Of a stretch of DNA of 55,841 nt, positions 37,577 to 47,171 are shown in pieces. A program made the translations under genes and the position numbers. The DNA comes from Candidatus Altiarchaeota archaeon (GTDB taxonomy: Archaea > Altiarchaeota > Altiarchaeia > IMC4 > SCGC-AAA252-I15). Location of the stretch: contig JAZDIN010000020.1 in the NCBI GenBank assembly GCA_043804895.1, positions 1 through 55,841 on the forward strand. The letters are read 5' to 3'. Under the pieces are notes generated by a model. It had not been told where the DNA came from and did not search any database. It saw only the letters and a list, made by a program, of their open reading frames with translations. Within the stretch, counting starts at the first letter, position 1, and every line of letters begins with the position of its first letter.

Positions 37577-38223
37577 TTTGTCATCTGGTATGCCAATACT
37601 GCCGCACCGTATCCGTTGTCGATGTTCACGACAGCCACCGGAGCGCATGAGGTGAGCATCGAATTCAACGCCGCATGCCCGCCTCTCCCCACCCCGTAGC
37701 CGACCGACGTCGGCACACCAATCACAGGCACGTCGACGAGGCCGCCGACCACCGAAGGCAATGCGCCCTCCATGCCGGCCGCCACTATGATTACCTTAAC
37801 GTCTTCCATCCTTTTTAGCGCAGGATACACCCTGTGGACGCCTGCGACTCCGATGTCGTATGATGTGACCGTGCTTCTGCCAAGCTCTTCGAGTATTATC
37901 CTCGCCTCCTCAGCGACCGCTACGTCCGAGGTTCCTGCCGTGATTATCCCGATGGAGCCTCCTGACTTTTCAACCTTGAATGTTCTCTTCTTCAAGACCA
38001 GGACGCCTGACAGCTCATCATACGACGACTTCACACCCTTCGCCTTCGAAATCACCGCCTTCGCCTTCTCCTTGCTCACCTTCGTGGCGATGACCCTCCC
38101 GGAGTTTTTTAAAAGATGTAATGCTATCTCGGTCAGCTGCCGTTCAGTCTTACCCTCCCCGTAGACTATCTCAGGTATTCCGCATCGTGTCATCCTGTCA
38201 AAGTCGGGCTCAACGATTCTCAT
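37573..38223 (-). CDS. larB: Nickel-pincer cofactor biosynthesis protein LarB
   Basis: Motifs PEIVYGEGKT, TAGTSD, DIGVAGVHR, AGMEGALPSV, PTSVGYG and VNIDNGYGAA. Confidence 0.94.
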   Translation of the reverse strand: MRIVEPDFDRMTRCGIPEIVYGEGKTERQLTEIALHLLKNSGRVIATKVSKEKAKAVISKAKGVKSSYDELSGVLVLKKRTFKVEKSGGSIGIITAGTSDVAVAEEARIILEELGRSTVTSYDIGVAGVHRVYPALKRMEDVKVIIVAAGMEGALPSVVGGLVDVPVIGVPTSVGYGVGRGGHAALNSMLTSCAPVAVVNIDNGYGAAVLAYQMTK

Positions 38224-38887
38224 CCCAAAGTAACCTCCTAATCTCCTTCATGTCGTATATGCTGTACTGGCCGGCATCTGCCCTGCTCTTGCTGCTCGGG
38301 GCTGCGAATGTTAGGTAACCGCCCAACATCGGACCCACCACGCGGGTAATCCTGCCGAGCTCGCCCATGCTTAAGGCGATGATTGGTATCTTAAGCTCTG
38401 CCAAGAGTTGAGCCTCAAGGACTGCAAGAACGTCAATGTATTTTTTCGGTTTGAATGCGACCTTCACTATGTCAGCGCCGGCATCAGCCTCCTGGTAGAG
38501 TATCTCCAGCATATCCTCGACTTTAGGTGTCTTCTCGAAGTCGTGGTAGGATACTATGACCTTAACGCCCCTGCCATGAGCCTCATCAATCAACTCTTGG
38601 CGTAGGTCCTCCCTGGTCTTCAGCTCTATGGTAACGTAGTCAGCATAGTCTAACACTGACTTCAGAAGCTCAATCCTCTTCTCCTCGCTCAGGTTATACG
38701 CTCCGCCCTCCCACTTCGGCATGCAGGTGACCATCAGCGGCTTCCTTATGTCCTTAAGGCGCTGTAAAACTGACTTGTCCTTCAGGTGGTCGAGCCTTAC
38801 CTCGATTATGTCGCAGTCCAGCGAGTTGGCGAGCTTAACAGTCGAGTAAACGTCGGCCTCGGTGAGGGTGACGCAAACGTAAGGCAT
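38210..38887 (-). CDS. aroD: Type I 3-dehydroquinate dehydratase
   Basis: Motifs EVRLD, EGG, SYHDFEKTP, DIVKVA, SMGELG and AGQ. Confidence 0.92.
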   Translation of the reverse strand: MPYVCVTLTEADVYSTVKLANSLDCDIIEVRLDHLKDKSVLQRLKDIRKPLMVTCMPKWEGGAYNLSEEKRIELLKSVLDYADYVTIELKTREDLRQELIDEAHGRGVKVIVSYHDFEKTPKVEDMLEILYQEADAGADIVKVAFKPKKYIDVLAVLEAQLLAELKIPIIALSMGELGRITRVVGPMLGGYLTFAAPSSKSRADAGQYSIYDMKEIRRLLWDENR

Positions 38888-38917
38888 AAAATAAGAATAG
38901 AATACATAGTTAAAACG

Positions 38918-39265
38918 ATGGAAATATGGAACGAGAGCAAAAGCTTCAGGATAAGCGACAACGCAGAACTCAGGGCCTCATTCTGGGGCAGGTTCAGAGG
39001 CCTCATGCTCTCCAAGAGGAAGGATATCATACTAGCGGCCAAAAAGGACAGTGTAGTCGACTCCACAATACACATGATGTTCATGCTATACCCGATTGAC
39101 GTAATCTGGGCGGCGGATGACATGACCGTAGTCGACGTCAGAAAACAAATCAAACCCAGCCTGTGGAGGATGCACAAACCCAAAAACCCGGCGAAATACG
39201 TTGTGGAGATTGCAACAGGAGAGATTAAAGACACAGATATTGGAGACATGATTGCATTCAGATAG
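38918..39265 (+). CDS. DUF192-family protein
   Basis: Motifs RFRGLM, IHMMFMLYPIDVIW and AKYVVEI. Confidence 0.88.
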   Translation: MEIWNESKSFRISDNAELRASFWGRFRGLMLSKRKDIILAAKKDSVVDSTIHMMFMLYPIDVIWAADDMTVVDVRKQIKPSLWRMHKPKNPAKYVVEIATGEIKDTDIGDMIAFR

Positions 39266-39269
39266 AGGC

Positions 39270-39809
39270 TCACTCAGGAGTAGTCTTTTCTTCCTGGAGC
39301 TTTTTCCGTGTGGTCTCGGCTAAGTTGGTGATTTTTTTGAGTAATTGTTCACGGTTGTTTTTACGTTTGACAGCTTCGCTTTGGGTTATTGACTCTTCCA
39401 TGGCAGATTCGCCAAAGGATAGCATGTATACCTCCTTTTTTCCGAGGGTTAATTCAGCGCCAGGGTGTTTTCTTGCTAGAACCCTAAGGTCATGAATGAA
39501 CCCGTAACCTTCAGGACACTTGTCTATTTTGAAGAACATGTTGCCGGCGTGGAATCTAACCAATCCCTCCCGGCCGAGTATTGCCCCTCCTGAGGGCTCC
39601 CCCTCCAATTTAAAGAACGGTAGCTTCTTCAGTTCATCCACCATAGTCTGCGTAATATCGTCTACCGTTGGGGTAGAATGTTTAGGTCTTCCAAGGTAAG
39701 GTGGCGGGGGCAATTCCCGGATTGTATCAGGTTGCGGTTGAACCCCCTTTCTCCCAGATTCATCTTCTTGACGAGGCATGAAGATTTTTATACGCTTCTT
39801 CTCGACCAT
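39270..39809 (-). CDS. Orphan hypothetical protein
   Basis: 179-aa ORF filling the intergenic space; TATAAT about 28 nt upstream of the ATG. Confidence 0.7.
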   Translation of the reverse strand: MVEKKRIKIFMPRQEDESGRKGVQPQPDTIRELPPPPYLGRPKHSTPTVDDITQTMVDELKKLPFFKLEGEPSGGAILGREGLVRFHAGNMFFKIDKCPEGYGFIHDLRVLARKHPGAELTLGKKEVYMLSFGESAMEESITQSEAVKRKNNREQLLKKITNLAETTRKKLQEEKTTPE

Positions 39810-39834
39810 GAGAATATTATGGCAGTCGGGGATA

Positions 39835-40464
39835 TTATATCCTCTTCTTCATCAGGTATCCTATGCAGGCCCCGGCCGCTATCAAGGATGCTACCACCAG
39901 GGCCATCTCAAGCCAGGGTAGGGATGGTGTGACTGATTCCACTGCATTCTGGACCATTAAGGTCGTCGGTGCTGCAGCCTCCGCGGCCTTCTGCATCGTC
40001 TCGTTCGCTGCTGCCCCTGCTGCCATCATCAGCCTCGGTGCGGCTTCCGCGGCATTCATGCTAGCGTCTGCCATCTCCTCGGTGGCGACTCCTTGAAGGA
40101 TTGCTGAAGGCTGGGTGAGGAGAGTTGATAGCTTTTGTAGCATTGTGAAGGCGCTGCCTGCGAGGACGAGTAGTGTAGTGCCTAACATTATCCACACCTT
40201 AGTCTCCTGTGGGGTGAGGATGTTGCGGCCCTTAGAGGTTAAGTGGTAGTACTTCCACTTCATCCCTCGATCGTCCTGCTCGATGAGGCCGACTTCGACT
40301 AGGCGGTCTAGGTGCTCCTTAATCGTTGATGGACTCATGCTCATCTGCTCAGAAAGGTCGGTGAGGGTGAGTTTGTGGGCTTCGATTCTCTTCAGTATGT
40401 CGATTCTCGTGTCAGCCGCTAACGCCTTGAAGGTCTCCCTGTCTAAGGTGATTTTATCGCTCAT
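39835..40464 (-). CDS. ArsR-family HTH regulator with two TM segments
   Basis: FKALAADTRIDILK...HLDRLVEVGLI...KWKYYHLT, then TM, an Ala-rich loop and a second TM. Confidence 0.85.
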   Translation of the reverse strand: MSDKITLDRETFKALAADTRIDILKRIEAHKLTLTDLSEQMSMSPSTIKEHLDRLVEVGLIEQDDRGMKWKYYHLTSKGRNILTPQETKVWIMLGTTLLVLAGSAFTMLQKLSTLLTQPSAILQGVATEEMADASMNAAEAAPRLMMAAGAAANETMQKAAEAAAPTTLMVQNAVESVTPSLPWLEMALVVASLIAAGACIGYLMKKRI

Positions 40465-40550
40465 AGTGTGTGCTAAGGATTAAGAAGGGGAAGTATAAAG
40501 GCTTTCCTGTTTGTTTCGGTTGAGACCGAACTGTGAGATAACCAGCTGTT

Positions 40551-41858
40551 TTATAGGCCGAATTGTTTCATCATCCTCTGGATTTTCCTGCCGCCTCCTG
40601 AGCCTTTCATCATCTTCTTCATCCTCTTATAGTAGTTTAGGAGGTCTCTCACGTCCGAGGCGTCGCAGCCTGAGCCTTTCGCTATCCGCTCTATGCGTTC
40701 GTGCTTTATTGTGTCAGGGTCTTCCTTCTCCTCTGTCGTCATCGAATCTATCACGTACTTGAACTTCGTTATCTTCTCCTCTTGCATGCTCACAAGCTCC
40801 TTAGGGATTTTCGCTCCCATGGGGATCATCTCCATCAGCTTGTCCATGCTGCCCATACCCTGCATCTGTTGAATCTGCTGGTAGACGTCTGTGAGCGTGA
40901 ACTTCCCGGAGAGCATCCTCTTCGCGCTCTCCTCGTCGAATTCCATCTCCTTAGCCTTCTCCAGGAGGCCTTCCATGTCTCCGAATCCAAGGATTTTGGA
41001 GACGAACCTCCTCGGCTCAAACGGCTCCAAATCTTCGACGTGTTCGCCGAGCCCTATGAAGTATACCGGGCTTTTAGTCTCGGCGCATGCTGCTATTGAT
41101 CCTCCTCCTTTCGCTGAGCCGTCGAGTTTCGAGAGTATGAGGCCGTCTATCTTGCACTGCTCATTGAACGCCTTAGCCTGCTCGCCTGCGGTCTGGCCGA
41201 TTGTGCCATCCAGGACGAGTATCGTCCGCTCTGGCTTCACCTCCCTGTGGACTCTGTTTATGTCATCCATGAGGCTCTTGTCGAGCTTGTGTCTGCCTTC
41301 GCTGTCTATGATGATGAGACCTTGGTTCTTGAACTCCCGGAGACCATTTTGTATTATCTTTAGCGTGTCTTTCTGGGTGTTGTCGCCGTAGAACGGGACT
41401 TGTATCTCCTCAGCCAACTGTTTCAGCTGATCGTATGCGGCAGGCCGGAAGGTGTCGGCGCAGATGAGCTTCGGACTCTGCCCCTTCCGTTTAAAGTAGC
41501 GTGCGAGCTTAGCTGCGGCCGTAGTCTTCCCTGAACCTTGGACTCCAACTAAGAGAACCTTCATCCCGTCCTTGAGCTCGACTTCCCCCCCTTTGCCGAG
41601 TAGGTTCACAAGTTCGTCATAGGTTATCTTAATGAGGTTCTCCTTCCTTGATAGCATCCCTGGTGGCTTCTCTAGGAGGCATCGATCCTCAATCTTCTTG
41701 GAAAGCTCTGCCACAAGCTTCACATTCACATCCGCGAAGATGAGGCTCTTCTGCACTTCCTTAAGGTACTCCTTTATAGTCTTCCTGTCGACGACCACCG
41801 CCTTCTTCAGGGCATTAATCGCACCCTGGAGGCCGTCCTTCAACTTCTCGAACGCCAT
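40551..41858 (-). CDS. srp54: Signal recognition particle protein SRP54
   Basis: Motifs ADVNV, GVQGSGKTT, DTFRPAA and KLDGSAKGGG; Met-rich M domain with RIAKGSG. Confidence 0.96.
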   Translation of the reverse strand: MAFEKLKDGLQGAINALKKAVVVDRKTIKEYLKEVQKSLIFADVNVKLVAELSKKIEDRCLLEKPPGMLSRKENLIKITYDELVNLLGKGGEVELKDGMKVLLVGVQGSGKTTAAAKLARYFKRKGQSPKLICADTFRPAAYDQLKQLAEEIQVPFYGDNTQKDTLKIIQNGLREFKNQGLIIIDSEGRHKLDKSLMDDINRVHREVKPERTILVLDGTIGQTAGEQAKAFNEQCKIDGLILSKLDGSAKGGGSIAACAETKSPVYFIGLGEHVEDLEPFEPRRFVSKILGFGDMEGLLEKAKEMEFDEESAKRMLSGKFTLTDVYQQIQQMQGMGSMDKLMEMIPMGAKIPKELVSMQEEKITKFKYVIDSMTTEEKEDPDTIKHERIERIAKGSGCDASDVRDLLNYYKRMKKMMKGSGGGRKIQRMMKQFGL

Positions 41859-41897
41859 TTTGGGGTTAAATTTAGGGTGTTAGATAAATAAAGGGAA

Positions 41898-43259
41898 GTG
41901 AAACGATGCGGTGAGGTTTTCAGTGGGGGAGGCGTATTTTCCCTGTTTCTGCTGTCTAGCTTATTCTTTATATACCAACATTCGACTGGAATCTCATGGG
42001 ACTTCGCAGTTTATGTATTGAATGCGCAGTATATTTTCAATCATGGGTGGTACTTCGAGTGGGAGAGGGCACCATTGGCTTCGACGATGCTTTTTCTCTT
42101 CAGCTTCGGCGGATATAAGCTTGGTGAGTACCTCTATATACTACTCGTGTCTGGGCTCTTCGCCTATGCGTGCGTGGGATTCGCTGAAAAGACTGGTTTT
42201 AACAAGGAAGTGTTCTATGCGCTGATGCTAAGCTCCTTTGTCGTGAACTTTGCGTTCATCGCAGGAACAGAACTCCTCACGCTTACGCTTCTGATGTTTG
42301 TAGTCACATATCTGCAGGAGAGGAAGTCTGCGATAGTGGTTGGATTGAGTATCCTGTCAAGGTATGCCGCTATCCCGTACCTTGCCCTGTTGTTGTTCAG
42401 GAAGAGATTCAGGGAGGTACTTATTGGGCTCGCGTTGGTGTTTGTTCTGTTCATCCCCTGGTTCTGCTATAATTGGGTGGTTCGAGACCACCCATTCTAC
42501 TCGATGGTCGCATCGTATTTTCTTAACATGGTCTACAAGAGTGGGAGTTTTGCTGGACCAACCTTGGATAATGTCGCGCCATCACTGCTTGTTTATCTGC
42601 CATTAGTCGTACTTGGTATTTATCTAACTTGGCGGAGGGGAATCGGTGAATTGGATAAGGTCGTGTTCGCGTTCACGGCTTTGACCCTGCTCTCATATTC
42701 GACTATGCCGGTGAAAGAATTGCGCTACCTATATAACCTGGCGCTGCCAATCGGCTACTTCTCCTGTACAGGCATCCAGAACCTGATTGGGAACCCCAGC
42801 AAGGCGAAGGTATTGCTTTCTGTTGCTTTGTTCACTGCCTTGAACTACACTGCAACCGCCTCATACGTCTCCCTCACAATGCCTGTGGGATTCTATGAAA
42901 GTTTGGGTATGGTCGACGACGGTTGCATGGTGATGTCGAACGTATGGCCACAACTCAACTATGTGGGGGTGCCAGCCCAACCATACCCTGAGAGGGGGGA
43001 TGCCCAAAAGAGGATTGCGGAGGGGGGTAGGATAATTTTGTATAGGAGTGAAGATTTCCCTAAGCCAGATTACATGTATGATAGGGATTTCATTTTGACG
43101 ACGCCACTAATTGAGGAAAATGAGTACTTCATACTGTTAGGCAACAGGAGTCTGTGTGCGCCTCAGACAAATGTAGATAAGTCCTCAATAGACTACTACA
43201 ATGAACAGGGGCATACTGTCAGATTATGCCCCTTAATACCATTTATATGCGGTTGGTAG
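41898..43259 (+). CDS. Multi-TM GT-C glycosyltransferase (family 39-like)
   Basis: WDFAVY loop, ERAPL, TELL and KELRYL; about 10 TM helices. Confidence 0.65.
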   Translation: MKRCGEVFSGGGVFSLFLLSSLFFIYQHSTGISWDFAVYVLNAQYIFNHGWYFEWERAPLASTMLFLFSFGGYKLGEYLYILLVSGLFAYACVGFAEKTGFNKEVFYALMLSSFVVNFAFIAGTELLTLTLLMFVVTYLQERKSAIVVGLSILSRYAAIPYLALLLFRKRFREVLIGLALVFVLFIPWFCYNWVVRDHPFYSMVASYFLNMVYKSGSFAGPTLDNVAPSLLVYLPLVVLGIYLTWRRGIGELDKVVFAFTALTLLSYSTMPVKELRYLYNLALPIGYFSCTGIQNLIGNPSKAKVLLSVALFTALNYTATASYVSLTMPVGFYESLGMVDDGCMVMSNVWPQLNYVGVPAQPYPERGDAQKRIAEGGRIILYRSEDFPKPDYMYDRDFILTTPLIEENEYFILLGNRSLCAPQTNVDKSSIDYYNEQGHTVRLCPLIPFICGW

Positions 43260-44534
43260 TCATCTGTTCTTCTCCCATATGTTTATGTGCCCCCTCATCC
43301 TTGTTAGGGGGTTCAACTCCAGGATGAGCGGGAGGATGAAGAAGATGACTGTGAACATGTAGTATGGGAAGAAAAAGAAAAAAGCAGCGATAACTCGCAG
43401 GTCGAAGCCGGCCATCTTTCTTATAGCCAGGAGGGTGTACGCTATCAGCACCACATAAGATGCGAGGAAGAATGGGAATGATGGAGCCATCGGCCACACG
43501 CCGGTCAAGTCGTTATAGATGAACTCTATCGTCCCAAAGACTGACAGCCACCCAAGGAAGTACTTCAAAACTGATAGTGTGAGGTAATTCCCGCTCGACA
43601 CGAAATATTGTAGGTATCCATTCAACAGCTGGTAAAGATTTATTGGCACGATTATTGCACCCTGCACGAAGAAGTAGATGTTGTTAGGCAAGCCGTAGAG
43701 GCCTATGAGGCCGAATTTTGGGTTCAGTATCATGTCCGAATGCTTCCGGAGGACCTGTAAGGTCCCACGACCCCAACGTAGCCTTTGTCTGGCCACCCCC
43801 GGGAGGGTTTGGGGTACGTTGGTGTGCATGACCGCATCTGACATCTCAAGGTGCCATCCCCTCTTCCGCATCTTAAGTCCGACGTCGCAGTCTTCTGAGA
43901 GAGTGTCTGTGGAGAAACAGCCGGCGTCCATGAGAGCCTGCCTACGGAATGCAGCAAAACCGGGAAGTATGTATGTGCATTTGAGTTTGTTGAAGATGTA
44001 GCGCCACATGGAGCTGTAGACGTACTCGAGTTCCTGGTACCACACGAGGGGATTCCAATTCATCTCCACGCGTATTATCCCTGATACCGCACCCACCTTA
44101 GGGTCGCAGAATGGCTCTACAAGCTTGATGAGTGCATCTTCCGCAAGCTTTGAGTCGGCGTCTAAGAGCACGATCACATCCTTCTTGGACTTCACCACCC
44201 CCTTGTTTACGGCCATTGCCTTGCCGATGTGGTCTGTTTCCACCAACCGGATACGGGTGTCCTTTTCAGCCAGCACCGAAACAATCGCTCTTGTCTTGTC
44301 TGTGGAGCCGTCATTGACGACTATAACCTCCACTTCGCTGGGATAACTAGCACGGAGGACACTTCTAACAGTCGATTCTATGCACGACTCCTCGTTATGT
44401 GCCGGCATAACAACTGTCAGAGTAGGATAAGCGCCGCCCTTGAACCTCCTTTCCGGAAGTAAAGCTAAAATGCCCCATAGCGTGAATGTGACTGTCGACA
44501 CTATGAACGTGAATGTCAGTAGCGCGTCTATCAT
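43260..44534 (-). CDS. Processive GT2 glycosyltransferase (cellulose-synthase-like)
   Basis: Motifs PAHNEE, DDG-like NDGSTD, DAD, SED and QRLRW. Confidence 0.92.
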   Translation of the reverse strand: MIDALLTFTFIVSTVTFTLWGILALLPERRFKGGAYPTLTVVMPAHNEESCIESTVRSVLRASYPSEVEVIVVNDGSTDKTRAIVSVLAEKDTRIRLVETDHIGKAMAVNKGVVKSKKDVIVLLDADSKLAEDALIKLVEPFCDPKVGAVSGIIRVEMNWNPLVWYQELEYVYSSMWRYIFNKLKCTYILPGFAAFRRQALMDAGCFSTDTLSEDCDVGLKMRKRGWHLEMSDAVMHTNVPQTLPGVARQRLRWGRGTLQVLRKHSDMILNPKFGLIGLYGLPNNIYFFVQGAIIVPINLYQLLNGYLQYFVSSGNYLTLSVLKYFLGWLSVFGTIEFIYNDLTGVWPMAPSFPFFLASYVVLIAYTLLAIRKMAGFDLRVIAAFFFFFPYYMFTVIFFILPLILELNPLTRMRGHINIWEKNR

Positions 44535-44546
44535 GATCAGTATTAC

Positions 44547-45266
44547 TTAAGTCTGCGTGGTTTTATTAGCAGGCGATATCTGGCAAATCGAAAGGTGTGG
44601 GGAGTTTTTGCACAGTAGACCCTCGACCTCCTCCCTGTTCCACAAGCCGCAGTATGTGTTTCCTTCTATTACAAGGCATGGGAACGAAGTCACATTGTAG
44701 GCTTTCATTAGTGTGTTCACTACCTGGGTTTCCCTGTCGCCGTCGAAACTGAGTATTGCTATCTCAGGGTCTATTTTCTCGTTTATGTAGCTTAGTACAT
44801 ACCCCTGTTCGCCGCAATTTGGTGTTGTCCTACAATTTCCGTAGAAGTATAGTATCACCGTCTGGTTGTAGCTGCATGTGTTCTTTAGCCTACCCATGAA
44901 TGATAACTGTATTATCTCCCTGCGGTTGAGCCTCCTCTTCTCCTTGATATAAAAGTCCTCACCACCGAATTCCTCTTCGGCTTCGCGATATCTCTTTATT
45001 TTATCATCAAGCTTCCAAAGCCGCAACTCGAGGTAGTTGAGCTGTTCTATCAGCGACTCACATGAACCGTTCTTTGATTCGAGGTATTCTATGAGGTAGT
45101 ATGAAGCCTCAATGTCTTCTATGTCCTCCAACACCTCGTCCATGTTCTGTTGGAGTTTACCTTGGCGCTGCGAATCGAAGAATAGGTTGAGGGAATATAT
45201 ACTTAGGAATAGTAGTACGGTCATCACACCCGCAAGAAGGAATGTCCTCACATTCCCGCCCGCCAT
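44547..45266 (-). CDS. Membrane-anchored Cys-containing protein with thioredoxin-like C-terminus
   Basis: N-terminal TM and coiled segment, then ILYFYGNCRTTPNC and YNVTSFPCLVI. Confidence 0.65.
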   Translation of the reverse strand: MAGGNVRTFLLAGVMTVLLFLSIYSLNLFFDSQRQGKLQQNMDEVLEDIEDIEASYYLIEYLESKNGSCESLIEQLNYLELRLWKLDDKIKRYREAEEEFGGEDFYIKEKRRLNRREIIQLSFMGRLKNTCSYNQTVILYFYGNCRTTPNCGEQGYVLSYINEKIDPEIAILSFDGDRETQVVNTLMKAYNVTSFPCLVIEGNTYCGLWNREEVEGLLCKNSPHLSICQISPANKTTQT

Positions 45267-46513
45267 TTAACCTCCCTCTTGAATGCGGTAAAGTACATGC
45301 ACAGGACCCACATTATCTGGTAGGGTATGAAGAAGAACATGAATCCTATAAAGCCAATGACATTGTCCCTCAGGCGATTGCCCATAGTCTTTAACCCGAG
45401 ATATGAGGCAACCATGTGCAAAAACAGGGGGGTCAGTCCGAGGAGGTAGTACATGCTTATCTGCAGGGGGTCTATGTAGCCTTCTCTTATGGACAGGTTT
45501 ATCATCGGTAGTAAATCGAAGTTTATTAGATTCATGTTAGAGACTGTGACAATCGCGTTGTTGAAGAGTATAAACAACAGGGAAATGGAAAGTAACGTGG
45601 CTAATACTGTCCCGCCATAGTTGAACGGCACGAAATACATGCCAAAGGCCCCTAGTTTCGGGTTTAGGATTACATCCCTGTGCTGGAGTATAGTCTGTAT
45701 GGTGCCAGTATACCATCTCTTCCGCTGGTAGTAGAAGTCGCGGATAGTAGACGGAACAAGTGTATAGGCTTTCGCTGTGGTGCAACAGACTATCCTCATT
45801 TTCTTTTTGTGCATACGATAAGCTATCTCAGTGTCCTCGACGATGTTATTTTTATCGAATCCGCCGAGTTCAAGCACCATGTCCCTGCGGTAGATGCTGA
45901 ACTGCCCGGGGGTGACAAATAGGCAATTCAGGTACGAAAGTATCTTGTTATAGAAGCCATTCCCAAGCTCGTACTCGATTGCTATGACCTTCTGTATGAG
46001 GTTTTTAGCCCCCTTAACCTTTATCGCAACAGTTACTGCGGCTATGTCTGGTGAACTAAAGTATGGCAGGACTTTGTGTAATATATCCGGCTCAACCACG
46101 GTGTCAGCATCTATTGTGGCGACGTATTCCGTCGTCGCCATCTCAAAACCACGGTTTAAGGCAACACTCTTGCCCTTGTTAGGATTATTCTCTAGGTACA
46201 GTATTTTGCCTGCATCAGCGTATTTCCTGCAAATCTCGCCTGTCCTGTCCTTCGAACCGTCATTAACCACTATGATGTCAAGTTTCCCCCCAGGGTAGTT
46301 CAGAGACGAACAGGAATCTATTGTACTTGCGATACATCTCTCCTCGTTGTAAGCTGGAATCACTATCGAAACCCTCGGCAGAACCGTTATTGGAGCTTGG
46401 GGGGCGACATGGAACTCCTTCCTCTTCTGGAATAAAGTTATTAGAGTCAGCATGAAAAAATACGTTAAGATAAACCATACCGTGTAGAGTAATGTAAGGT
46501 GGATGGAAGCCAT
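45248..46513 (-). CDS. Processive GT2 glycosyltransferase
   Basis: Motifs PAYNEE, NDGSKD, DAD, VED and QRKRW. Confidence 0.92.
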   Translation of the reverse strand: MASIHLTLLYTVWFILTYFFMLTLITLFQKRKEFHVAPQAPITVLPRVSIVIPAYNEERCIASTIDSCSSLNYPGGKLDIIVVNDGSKDRTGEICRKYADAGKILYLENNPNKGKSVALNRGFEMATTEYVATIDADTVVEPDILHKVLPYFSSPDIAAVTVAIKVKGAKNLIQKVIAIEYELGNGFYNKILSYLNCLFVTPGQFSIYRRDMVLELGGFDKNNIVEDTEIAYRMHKKKMRIVCCTTAKAYTLVPSTIRDFYYQRKRWYTGTIQTILQHRDVILNPKLGAFGMYFVPFNYGGTVLATLLSISLLFILFNNAIVTVSNMNLINFDLLPMINLSIREGYIDPLQISMYYLLGLTPLFLHMVASYLGLKTMGNRLRDNVIGFIGFMFFFIPYQIMWVLCMYFTAFKREVKWRAGM

Positions 46514-46598
46514 TTTATGCCGTTAAAAGGGGTTAAAGCCCGGTATATTGATTGGGGGTATTATAATAAATAGACGGTTAATATTGTCTGGTGGTTTT

Positions 46599-47171
46599 TT
46601 GGACAATTCTGACAGGCTTGAGTTGAAACGGCAGGCATTCCACCTTTTTAACGGTTTAGCCATTGCAACGGCCGTGTACGTCCTTAAACCGGTTATCAGC
46701 CTTTGGATTCTGGCGCCGCTTCTAGCTGCCTTATTGATCATGTATTATGTCCCGAATGTTAAGCCTGGCCTGAAGCTGGCAAACCACCTCTTATACCATT
46801 TCGAGCGGAGGGAGGACATAAAAGCTTTCCCATTCAAGGGCGCCATATACTATGGAATCGGACTGATATTCCCTATCCTCCTCTTGGATGTCAGGTACGG
46901 GTGCGCTGTGATATTGATATTCAGCGTCGGGGACTGCTTCTCAACGCTCTTCGGCAGGAAGTATGGTAGGAAGAGGATAGGAGGTAAGAGTCTAGAGGGC
47001 GCTGTCGCATTCCTTCTGACATCCTGGCCTAGCGCGTCAGTGTTGGTTAACCCGACACATGCGCTTGTGTTGGCTCTTGTTGGGAGCGTAGTTGAGCTGT
47101 CTGACTTCATCGACGACAACATCACAGTGCCTGCAGTACTCTCCCTGCTTGCCTTACTCCTGCAACAGTGA
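46599..47171 (+). CDS. SEC59/DGK1/VTE5-family polyprenol kinase
   Basis: Motifs RQAFH, ERRED, GDCFSTLFG, KSLEG and DDNITVP. Confidence 0.85.
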   Translation: MDNSDRLELKRQAFHLFNGLAIATAVYVLKPVISLWILAPLLAALLIMYYVPNVKPGLKLANHLLYHFERREDIKAFPFKGAIYYGIGLIFPILLLDVRYGCAVILIFSVGDCFSTLFGRKYGRKRIGGKSLEGAVAFLLTSWPSASVLVNPTHALVLALVGSVVELSDFIDDNITVPAVLSLLALLLQQ

